Shown piece after piece: positions 26,001 to 38,000 of a DNA stretch of 64,000 bases. Position 1 is the first letter of the stretch. Every line of letters begins with the position of its first letter. Below the pieces are notes generated by a model, which did not search any database, had not been told where the DNA came from, and was given only the letters and a program-made list of their open reading frames with translations. The stretch lies in the NCBI GenBank assembly GCA_036785375.1, contig JAWMAR010000541.1, forward strand, positions 496,001 through 560,000, written 5' to 3'. A program made the translations under genes and the position numbers. The DNA comes from Leucoraja ocellata (Eukaryota).

Positions 26001-29000
26001 ACGGAGCCTGCGGAGCTGCGGACTTACCATCGTGGGGCTGGCCGGCCTCGGAACGTGGGGAGCGGTGGTGGCTTGCTGCTGCGGCCCGATTCTGGAGCTC
26101 GGAGGCTCCAGCAACGCCGCTTCTGTGGACTGTCAGGATATTGGGAGCTCGCGGGTCCAGGTGGAGACCGCTTTCCGGAGCTCCCGCAACGCAACTTCGC
26201 CAGCCCGTGTCGCGGGGTTGGAACGACCCAAAGCGGGCCGTACATCACCCAGCGCGGCTTAATGGCCGCAGGACATTCCAGCGCCCGCCGGGGGCTCCAA
26301 CTTTGTGGCATTTAGACCGGGAGCGAGGCCGTACATCGCCCGGCATGGCCTAAAATGGCCGTGGAACTTAACATCGCCCGCCTGGGGCTTCAACATCGGG
26401 GGGAAAATGGAGATCAGGGAAGAGAAACGACTTTGCCTTCCATCACAGTGAGGAGGAGGTTCACTGTGATGGATGTTTCTGTAAATTGAATTGTGTGTAT
26501 GTCTGTAGGAAATTGTCTTTGTTTGTATGGCTGTGGAAACAGAGTTTTGTTTGAGCCTCACTGAGGTTCAAATGACATGTAATGTAATTAATATTGTATT
26601 GTATTGACCAGTTAGCCTTACATCAGTAGTGAGGAAGATGCTCGTGTCAGTTATTAAAGACGTGAAAGCAGCGTACTTGGAAAGCAGTGTCAGGATCGGT
26701 CAAAGTCAATATGGATTTATGAAGTGGAAATCATGCTTGACTAATCTTCTGGAATTTTTTGAGGATGTAAGTAGAATGGATAAGGGAGAGCCAGTGGATG
26801 TCGTGTACCTGGACTTTCAAAAAGCATTTGAGATTAGTGTACAAAATTGCAGCACATGGTACTGGGGGTAGAGTATTGACATGGATAGAAAACTGGTTAG
26901 CAGACAGGAAGCAATGAGTTCAAATTAACAAGTCGTTTTCAGAATGGCAGGCAATGACTAGTGGGGTGCCACAAGTCTCAGTGCTGAGATTCCAGTTATT
27001 TACAATATATATTAACGATTTAGACAAAGGAATTAAATGTAACATCTCAAAGTTTGCGGATGACATAAAGCTGGGTGGCGAGGAGGGTGCTATGAGGCTG
27101 CGAGGAGGATGCTATGAGGCTGCAGGGTGACTTGGACATCAATCACTGAAAGTAAGCATGCAACTACAGCAAGCAGTGAAGAAAGCTAATTACATGGAGG
27201 TCCTTCTGCAGTTGCACAGGGCCCTGGTGAGACCGCACCTGGAGTATTGTGTGCAGTTTTTGTCTCCTAATTTGAGGAAGGACACTATTGCTTATGAGGG
27301 AGTGCAGTGTAGGTTAATGAGGTACAATCCCATGATGGCGGGACTGACATATTCAATAGAATTATGGAGGATGAGAGGGAATCTTACAGAAACATATAGA
27401 ATTCTTAAGGGATTGCCCAGGCTAGATACAGGTAAATGTCCCTGATGTTGGGGGGGTCCAGAAATGAGCTTTCAAGCTTATTTCTAGGAAAGGGAAGATG
27501 TCTGCAAATATTTTTTAAATTTTCACCTATTTACATTCAAACCATGAACTAAATAATTGCAAACAGGTTGACTGTAAACTGTTGGGAGTTCTAAATGAAG
27601 TATATATTTAGAGAGTGATGATACTGGAAAACCTACAATGAATTTCACACCAAAACAGGACCTTTAGCCTTTTAATTTGTACCGTTGATGGTTTCAGAGG
27701 CAAAGCGCAGGTAGCGACGACAAATGTAAATTTCAGAGATTTTACAGCAATGATATGTAGTGTACTGCATCAATAATGGGGAGAAGGCAGGCACGGGTTA
27801 TTGATTGGGGATGATCTGCCATGATCACAATGAAGGGCCGAATGGCCTCCTCTTGCACCTATTTTCTATGTTTCTAAAAAAAAAACCAGGGGTCACCGTT
27901 TTAGAATAATGGGTAGGCCTACTCCTACACCTATTTTCTATTTTTCTATCTCCTCCCCTTCCCTCTCCATCACCCCCTCCCTCCTGCATCTCCTCCCCCT
28001 CCCTCACCTCTCCGTGCTTCCTCTTCACCCCCATGTCCCATTCACTCCTGCTTCCGTCCCGTCTCTCTCCCTCCACCACCCCACCCATCCCTCCCCATCA
28101 CCCACTCCCCCCTCCCAACCGTCCTCCCACTCCTCCCTACCCGTCCCCTCCCACCCTCCCTCCCCCACCCCCCATCATCTGCTTCTCCCCCCACCCGCTC
28201 CCCACCTCGTTCCCTCTCCCTCTCCCCACCCCCTCCCAGTCCCCCTCCCTCCATCTCCACCTCCGCCCCTCCACCTGTCTTCCCTCTCCCTCTACTCCCT
28301 CCCCTACCTTCTCCCTCCCCATCTGCTCCCCATCCCTCCCTCTGTCCTCAGACACTCCCACTCACCACCTTCCTCTCGCCCTTAACTCCAAGAAGACCAA
28401 GGAGCTCATTGTAGACTTCAGGAAGTCCAGAGGCGGCACGCACACCCCCATCCACATTAACGGGACGGAGGTGGAACGTGTTTCTAGCTTCAGGTTCCTG
28501 GGAGTCAACATCTCCGATGACCTCTCTTGGACCCACAATACTTCTACTCTGATCAAGAAGGCTCATCAGCGTCTCTTCTTCCTGAGAAGACTGAAGAAGG
28601 TCCATCTGTCTCTTCAGATCCTGGTGAACTTCTACCGCTGCACCATCGAGAGCATCCTTACCAACTGCATCACAGTATGGTATGGCAACTGCTCTGTCTC
28701 CGACCGGAAGGTGAAAATTGCCCAACGCATCACCGGTTCCACGCTCCCCTCCATTGAGTCTGTCCAAAGCAAGCGCTGTCTGCGGAGGGCGCTCAGCATC
28801 GCCAAGGACTGCTCTCACCCCAACCATGGACTGTTTACCCTCCTACCATCCGGGAGGCGCTACAGGTCTCTCCGTTGCCGAACCAGCAGGTCGAGGAACA
28901 GCTTCTTTCCGGCCGCTGTCACTCTACTAAACAACGTACCTCGGTGACTGCCAATCACCCCCCCCCCCCTCCCCCCCGGACACATATTATTATTTTTTTT

Positions 29001-32000
29001 TATTCAAAATCGTTTGCTATGTCGCTCTTCAAAGGAGATGCTAAATGCATTTCGTTGTCTCTGTACTGTACACTGACAATGACAATTAAAATTGAATCTG
29101 AATCTGATCCCTCCCTCCTCCATCTCTCCCACCCCCTTCCTCCTTTCTCTCCGCCTCCTTCACTCATCCTCCCACCCAACTTCTCCCCCTCCCTTCGCCT
29201 TCCCCTCCTTCCTCCTCCCCCTCTCCTCATCCCTCTCTCATCCCTCCTTCTCCCCACCCTCTACCCCCTCACCCTCTCCTCCATCTCTCACCCCCCTCCA
29301 TCCCTCCCTCTTCCCCTCAATATCCACCCTCTCCAGCCCTCCATCTGTTTCCTCCTTCCTCTCCCCATCCCTCCCTCTCCAACCTCTTATGACTACATCT
29401 CCCTCCCACACTCCCTACCTCCATCTCCCCCTCTTGCCCTTCTCCATCCCAGTACCTCCCTATCCCCCAGCACCCTCCCGTCCTCATTCATTCCCTCTTC
29501 CACCACTTCTCCCCTGTCCCTCACTCCCTCTCCATCCACCCTCCCTTCCTGCTCCACCCCTCCATGCCTCCCACCCTCCCCCTCACTACCTCCCCCTCCC
29601 TTCCCTCCATTCCCCCTCCCCCCCTCCCCCCCCTCCACCCAACTCAACCCCCTCCCCTCCATCCATCCTCCCCCTCCATCCACTTTCACTCCCCTCCCTC
29701 TACCCTCTCCCCATCTCCCCTTCTTCTCCCCCTCCCTCCCTGTTCCCCCCCTTCATATTCCCCTGCCTCCCTCTCCATCTCACTCACTCCTCATCCCTGC
29801 CCCCTTCCCCACTCCTCTCCTTCTCCCCTCTTCCCCTCTCTCCCTCCCTCTCCCACTCACACCTTTACTCACTCCCTCTATTCATCCCCCTCCCTCTCCC
29901 AATCTGTCTCTCCCCCTCCCTCCCTTTCCCCTATTCACCTTCCTCTCTCACTACCTCTCCCAACCTCCCCCTCTCTCTTCCCCCTCCCTCCCTCTCCCCC
30001 TCCCATCCACCCCGCCACCCTCCCTCCCCAACACCCTTATCCCGCTCTCCACCTGCTCCCCCCTCTCCCCCAATCTCTCACCACCGTATCCCTTCTTCGT
30101 CTTCCCTCACCCCCTCCCTTCTTCCTATCTCTTCCCTCGTTCCCCCTATCTCTTCCCCTCCCTCTCCCCATCCATTCCCTCCATTCCCTTTCTCCCCCTC
30201 CTACCCTCATTCCCTCCCCTCCATCTACCCCCCTCCCTCCCCACTCCCTCTACCACTCCCTCCCTCCCCCTCCTCCCTACCCCTCCCCCTCTCCGACTGC
30301 CCACCCTATACCCTCCCTGCTACTCCCCACCACTCTCCCTCCATCCCTCTCCCACTCCCTCCCTCTCGCTCCACGCCTCCCACGCTCCCCCTCTCTCCAT
30401 TTCCCCCTCCCCCTTCCCCCCTCTACTCCTATCCCCCTCCCTCATTCTTCCACTCTCCCTCCCAATCTCCCCTACTTCCCTTCCCTATCCCCCTCCCTCT
30501 ATTGCTCCCTCCCCTCCTCCCTCTCTCTACCCCACTCCCCTCCTTCATTTGCTCACAGCACCTCCTCCCCCCCGCTCCCTCCTCCCTCTCATTCCTCTCT
30601 CCACTCCCCTTCCTCCCCCTCCTTCCCTCCTCTACCATCCTGTCCGTCTGTACCCCTCCCATTCCTCCCACCAACTCCAACCCTTCCAACTTATTTCCCT
30701 CCATCCATCCATCCATCCTCCTCTTCCTACCACTAGTCTCTCCCTATCCCCCTCTCCTACCCTCTCCCATCCACTTCCTCCCTCCTGTCCTCCTCCCCAT
30801 CCCTTGCTCTCCCCCAGCCTCTCTCTAGACTTCCTCCCTCCCAGACCTTCCTGCCTCTCCCTCTCACCCTCTCCCTCCCTCTCTGCAGCTCTCTCTTCCC
30901 CCTCCTTCTACCTCTCCCCCTCACACTGTTACTCTCTCCCTCTATCTCCTCCCCTCCCTCCATCTTCCCCTTCTGTCTCTATCTCCCCGCTCCCCTCAAC
31001 CTCCTTTTCCATCCTTCCTCCCATTCCATCTCCCTGCCCCCCTCCCATTCCTCCCATACCCTGCCTCCCTTTCTCCCCCCCCCCCTCTACCTCCTCCCTC
31101 TCCACTCCCTCCCCTCCACCCGCTCCACCACAGTGCCCCTGGCCCCCCTCTCACCACGTCCTTTCTCTTTCTCTCCCACCCTCCCTCTCCCCCCTTCCAT
31201 TCACCCACCCTGCCTCGCCTCCTCCCTCTCACCCTCACTACCCTTCTTCCCTCCCCCCCTCCCAATCCCCTCCCTCCACATCCTCCATTCCCCTCTCCCC
31301 CACCCCTCCAACTCCCCCTCCCAATTCTTGCCCTCAATCCATCCTCCAACCTTTGTTCCCTCTACCCTCTCCCCTTGTTCCTCCTTCTTCTCCTCCCTCT
31401 CCCCGCTTCCACCCCTCCCTCCCTCCCCTCCCTTTCACCCGCTGACCCCCCTCTCTCCCTCTCCCTGAAATTCCTTCCCTCCCTCTCCACCCCTCCACCT
31501 GCTCACCCTCCCTACATCTCCCCCCTCCCCATCACTCCCCCTGCTACTCCTCACTCTCTCCCCTATCTCTTCCACTCCCTCCCCTCATCCATCCCGCTCC
31601 TTTCTCCATCCACCGCTCCCTCTCGCCCCTCCCTCTCTCCCCCTACTTCCATTACACCACATCCTCCCTCACTCCACGCCTCCCCCTCTTACCCTCTCCA
31701 TCCCCTACCCTCTCCTCCCTTCCCCCTCCCCGTCTCTCCTAATCCCTACTCTCTCCCCCATCCTCCATCTCTCACCCCTCCTTCCCTCTCCTCCCCTCCC
31801 CTTCCCTCCCTTGCCTCATCCCTCTCCTGCACTCTCTCCACCCTCCCTCTTACCATTACATCTCCCTCCTCCCTTTTCCCTCTCGCCTAGCACCCACCCC
31901 ATCATTCTCTCCTCTTTAATCTCCCTACCTCCCTCTCCCCTTCCCAACATCATTCCCCATCCTCCCTCGCTCCCACTCTTCCCCTCCCTTTATCCCTCTT

Positions 32001-35000
32001 CATCCTCCCTCCCTCAACCTTCCCTTCCTCTCCCATTCCCCCTCGCTCCCTCTCCCACCCTCTCCACCCCATCTGCTCACCTTCCCTGCCTCTCCCCCTC
32101 GCTACCCTTTGCCCTCCCTCCACATCCTCCATTTCCCTCCCCTTCTCCATCTCCTCCCTCCAACTACCCCCTCCCACTTCTTCCCCTCAATACATCCTCC
32201 TCCTCCCTCCCCTCTACGCTGTCCCCCTTCTCCCCACATTCCTCCCTTCCTATCCCCCACCCCCTGCCTCCCTCTCCCCCTCCCTCTGTCTCTCCCACTC
32301 CATCCCCCTCCCTCCATACCGTTCCTTCCTCCCTTCCCCCACCCCTACCCCTCCTTCTCCCCCACTACCCCCTCCTTCCCGCTCCCCTCAACCTCCCTTT
32401 CCCCTCCCTCCCCCCCCTGCCACCCTCACTTTCTTTCCCCCTCTCTTCATTCATCCACAATCCATTCCTCTCCCCTTCCTACCCCTCCCTCCTTCTCCCT
32501 ATCCACTCCCTTCCCCTCCCCAATCCTTTCCTCCCCTCTCCACTTGCTACTCTTCCCCTATCCCTCCACTTTCCCCACCCTCCTACCCACTTTCTCCCCT
32601 CCCTCGCTATCCCCCACCCACTTCCACCTCCCTCCCTCTCCCGCCACTCCCTCTCTCGCCCCCCTTCACCCCCTCCCTGGTTCCCCCTTCCATTGTATCT
32701 GCCCATCTCCCTTATCTCCTCTCTCCAACACCCACTTCTTCCCCTCCACCCCTCCCCCTCCCACCCTTCCACCCTCCCTCCCTCTCATCCCTCGCCCCTC
32801 GCCCTCTTCCCCCTCTTTCCCTCTCCCCTACTCTTCTCCCTCCCCCTCCTTCCCTACCCGCTCTCTCCCTCATCTCCCTTCCACTCCGCCCCTCTCACCC
32901 CGCCCTTACCCTCCCTCTTCCCCCTCCCACCGCTCTATCCCTCCCTCCCCCTTCATCTCCAACTCCCGCTTCCCTCCTCCCACTCCCCCTGCCTTGCTCC
33001 CACCATTCCCCTCCCTCCCTTTCCCCGTCCGTCTCTCCCTCCCTCTACCACTCGCACCATCCCTCCCTCTCCCCCCTTCCATCTGTACCGCCTCCATGCC
33101 TGCCCCCTCTCCCCGCCCCCTTCCTGCCACTTCCACCTCCCTCCATTTCCCCCTCCCGCACTCCCCCTACGTTCAGCTCCCCCACCCCTTCCTCCCTCTA
33201 TCCCACTCCTTCCCCCCTCCATCTCCCTCCCCCTCAATCTTCTCTCTCTCTCTGCCCCCTCCCCCTCATTTCCTCCCTCTCACCACCTGCTTTTCTCACA
33301 CACAGACCGGCACGAGGAACACCTGGTCTACGTGGTCCAGGACGGCAGCCCCGACAAGCAGTTTGACCTGTTGGTGGATGACGATGAGGTTTTCTACATG
33401 GACTTCAAGCTGAAGAAGGAGGTGGCGCGGATCCCCGCGTTCCAGCACATCACGATGCAGGGAGGAGAGGCGGGGATCACGGCTCAAATCGCCCTCAATA
33501 AACAGAATTTAAATGTTTGGAAGAACCTGTCGCACGGGAGCCCGGAGCCCAAAGGTGAGCGCGGGGGCCGGGGTTAGGGCCGGGTAACCCGGGCTGTCCG
33601 CAACAGCGAGCCGCTCCCCCTCCCTCACCGATCCCTACTGTGGAACTGCTCCAGCTCCAGACGCCCCAGAAACGACTTTAGTCTAATCGCCTCCTCGCTC
33701 CCGCTCCCGTGGGGAGGGGCGGGGCAAGGGCTCGACGTCACGCCAGCGCGCATGCGCCCCACCCCCCCCTCTCGGGCAATGCGCTTGCGCCGATCTCCGC
33801 ACTAGGCCCCGCCCCACGGGTTGGAGCCCGTTGCGCGCACGTGAGGCGCCGCTAACGGCCGGGAGCGGGAACGATGCGGCCATTAGGTGTGACGTTGGGT
33901 TTAGTGAAGACCAGACTAAGTGGGGCCCTAATCCTGTCGTGTGAGGTCGAGGCGAGGGGATTAGTCGAGGTGTAGGTGAGGGGCAGTGGGTGTAGGTGAG
34001 GGGGAAGTGAGTGTAGGTGAGGGGCAGTGGGTGTAGGTGAGGGACAGTGGGTGTAGGTGAGGGGCTGTGGGTGTAGGTGAGGTGAGGGGAAGTGGGTGTC
34101 TGAACTCGGGAGGGGGAGGCCAAGGAGCTGCTGAAGGAGACGAGAGCGACAACTACCTTCTGTAGCAGAGAATTACACAAATTCACAACTCTGGGTGAAA
34201 ACGTGTTTTCTCATCTCAGTGCGAGGCAAAGACACATTTCAGGTAACATAGTTTTTGTAAAGATTTTTAGCAATGTTACAAAATTTTGAGATTTAAAAAT
34301 CAAGTCTGCAATTTATCCCATCAGATAAAAAAGTATTAAAAAAGTTATGGCCATTTTCATACTCGGAAATTAGCATCTTGTTCCCTATTGATTTCCCATT
34401 GACTTAACACAAAAGCTGTGATCGAGGACAGTCTAAAGCCCATAACTTTTATTAAAAATTAAGAGAACTGAAATAAATTTTCAGTTATAATAGATTGAAG
34501 CATTCTGAAACAAATATTAAACAATCTTACTTGGATGACCTGAAATTAAAGCATATAATTAGTTAGTTACCCAATTGTAGCTAATTCCAAAATTCAATTA
34601 CTAGATCTAAACATCTATCCATTTCTTAAGGAAAGATTAACATTTTTAAATAGCATAAGTGTCCAAAGAACATTCACACAAGAATTCACAATAAAACATG
34701 ATTTTTAAATCTCATTGAGATTAATTTATAGGCCAAATGGAAGAGATTTAGTGTTTAATTGCTGTAAATGAATGGCCATTTAAATCAGCTTTCGAGTGGG
34801 ATCCTGTAGAACGCGCTGGTTTGGAACGTTCCCATTGCGGTGGATTTGTACCCCATATGCCCAGAAAAATACTGCGGGATTTAATGGGCCCCCAAATTAG
34901 TTACTCGCAACATAAAATGTTGTATAAAGGGATCTTAAGAAGCGCTTTTAATGTAAAAATAAACAACCTACCTTCCGTTGTCCCCTGCATGAGATCCATC

Positions 35001-38000
35001 CCGTTGTCGGCGGTCGCAGGTTTAGAGGATGATTGTTAACCTACTATAACAATTAAATTAACCAATTTAGTTTAAAAATAGCTGCAGCGAACGAACCTTG
35101 CAGTGATTTTTCGTCAGCAACTAAGTAGGCTGAACAACCTCGATTTGAATAGCCTAGAGAAAGTCGCGTTTTAAACCCGCCCCCCACTCAAAGGCACCAA
35201 AATTGCACACGCGGGCAGCGCCGCTGAAGGTAGGTTTTGCAACATACCTAGTATGAGGCCATTTATTGAAACATAAGATTATTAACGGTTTGGACATGCT
35301 CGAGGCAGGAAGCTTGTTTCCATTGCTGGGAGAGTCCAGAACCAGGGGCCACCTCCATCGCAGGTGATAGACTACTGACCGACATCCACTGACTCCCTTG
35401 GCTATTTGGACTATACTTCTTCCCACCCCACTTCCTGTATGGACTCCATCCCCTACTCCCAATTCCTCCGTCTACGCCGCATGTGCACCCTGGATGAGGT
35501 GTTCCAAACTAGGGCATTGGAGATGTCCTCATTCTTCAGGGAATGGGGGTTCCCATCTTCTACTATAGATGAGGCTCTCACCAGGGTCTCTTCTATACTC
35601 CGTGACTCTGCTCTCACTCCCCATCTCCCCCCCCCCCCCACTCATAACAAGAGGCAGAGTCCCCCTTGTCCTACCTACCACCCTACCAGCTGTCACATAC
35701 AACAAATAATCCTCTGACATTTTTGCCACCTCCAACGCGATCCCACCACTTTATCTACATCTTCCCATCTCCTCCCCTGTCTGCTTTCCGCAGAGACCGC
35801 TCCCTCCGTAACTCCCTGGTCAATTTGTCATAATTCGTCATATTTCGCTTGGCAGGAGGCCATTTCTCTGGAGGTTTTCAGAGAGAGATAGAGCTCGTAA
35901 AGATAGCGCAGTCAAGAGATACGGGGAGATAGCAAGAACGGGGCACTGACAGGTCAGTAAAACCACTCACAGTTTAGTAGACATGTGTTCAGTGTTATTT
36001 CACAGCTCAGCCTGAGAATTGGGATCTCTCACTCCCCCATCTTGCAGAGAACTGAGGCACCTCCACACTTCCGGGTTTTATAGTCCCCCCGGAAGGGGCT
36101 TGGCCTTCAGGAGAGAAAATCTCAACATTTTCTAAACACTAATTACTCTTTTAGTTTTCATCGATGAGAAAAATCCTCGGCACCTGATGAGCGGTGGGGG
36201 ACTCTGAGTAAGATAGCCAAAAATTGCAGCCATACGTTCTTTCTAAAATCAAGATTAGACTTTTAATAATATAGAAGGCAAGGCAGCTTTAATTAGGCAA
36301 GGCAACTTTTGCACTTTCAAAACCAAAGGCAAGGCAGCTGGCTTTAGCACTTTCAAAACCAAAGGCAAGGCAGCTGGCTTTGGCACTTTCAAAACCAAAG
36401 GCAATGCAGCTTGTTTTAGCACTTTCAACACCAAAGGCAATGCAGCTTGTTTTAGCACTTTCAACACCAAAGGCAATGCAGCTTGTTTTAGCACTTTCAA
36501 CACCAAAGGCAATGCAGCTTGTTTTAGCACTTTCAAAACCAAAGGCAACGCAGCTTGTTTTAGCACTTTCAACCCAAAGGCAAGGCAGCTTGTTTTAGCA
36601 CTTTGAAAACCAAAGGTAACACACAGCTTTAGCACTTTCAATCGAAAACCACTTTTGCATTTTCAAACTACATTTTCAAACCACATTAAGGGCCCATTGA
36701 AGAAGATAACGGTGGTTACCCAGACCTTGTTGCTGGTTGTGAAGGGACCCCATAACAGTTCAATCCTCAGGGCACCAAAAATGTAGGCCACTAGGCCCAC
36801 AGTAGCTCGCATCCTCCCCGCAGCCTGCGGACTGGGCTGGTGCCGGTGATGATGGACTGGATGCCCTGAAATGAGGAGCCCATGATGGACTGGACTGTTC
36901 ACCACTCTCTGCGGGGCCAGGTGGTCGAGCACTTGCCATACCAGGCTGTCATGCATCCCGTCAGAATACTTTCCCCACCACAACCGTAGAAGTTTCACAC
37001 AATCCTTGTTGACATGCTGGTAAAACTTCTCAGAATGGCTACGTAAATTTACTGCTAAATTCCTGTAAGGAATCCAACCCCTACTCCCAATCCCTAGGTC
37101 TACGCTGCATCTGCACCCAGGATGAGGTGTTCCAAACCAGGGCATCGGGGATGTCCTAATTCTTTAGAGAACAGGGGTCCTCTCTTCTATAGATGAGACT
37201 CTCACCAGTGTCTCTTCTATACCCGTAACACTGCTCTCACTCCCCCCCATTCATAACAAGGGCAGAGTCACCCTTGCCTTCACCTTCCACCCTACTAGCC
37301 ATCACATACAACGGATAATCCTACTACATTTCCACCACCTCCAATGGGATCCCACCACTGGCCATATCTTCCCATTTCCTCCCCTTTCAGCTTTCCGCAG
37401 AGACTGCTCCCTCCGTAACTCCCTGGTCAATGCATCCCTTCCCACCCAACCCACCCCCTCTCCTGGTACTTTCCCTCGCAACCGCAGGAAATGCTACACT
37501 TGTCGCTTTAACTCCCCCCTTGACTCCATCTAAGGAGCTAAGCAGTCTTTCCAGGTGCGACAGACAACATTCTAGTAAATCTCCTCTGTACTCTCTCTAT
37601 TTTGTTGACATCCTTCCTATAATTAGGTGACCAAAATTGTACACCATACTCCAGAATTGGCATCACCAATGCCTTGTACAATTTTAACATTACATCCCAA
37701 CTTCTATACTCAATGCTCTGATTTATAAAGGCCAGCACACCAAAAGCTTTCCATCATGTAAAGGCTTTCTTTACCACCCTATCTACATGAGATTCCACCT
37801 TCAGGGAACTGTGCAGAGTTATTCTCAGATCCCTCTGTTCAACTGCATTCTTCAATTCCTTACCATTTACCATGTACGTCCTATTTTGATTTCTCCTTCC
37901 AAGATGTAGCACCTCACACTTATCAGCATTAAACTCCATCTGCCATCTTTCAGCCCAATCTTCCAACTGGCATAAATCTCTGTAGACTTTGAAAATCTAC

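Larger units (their letters stand above)
21335..27460 (+). mobile_element. Older CR1 copy split by nested SINEs, the DIRS element and an unclassified repeat
   Basis: CR1 ORF2 sequence runs 21335-~22030 and 22211-22236 (GGREKMGN) and resumes at ~26605 (RPVSLTSV) to ~27460. Confidence 0.8.

Noticed and set aside
28875-33413. Long Pro/Ser/Leu-rich ORFs (856, 588, 578, 434 aa) resembling extensins or mucins
   Set aside because: They are artefacts of a C/T tract that rarely forms stop codons and is open in several frames at once. Only 33306-33554 is real coding sequence.
36255-36641. 12-aa repeat protein or CRISPR-like array
   Set aside because: Contiguous 36-bp tandem units with no unique spacers in a vertebrate intron make this a minisatellite.
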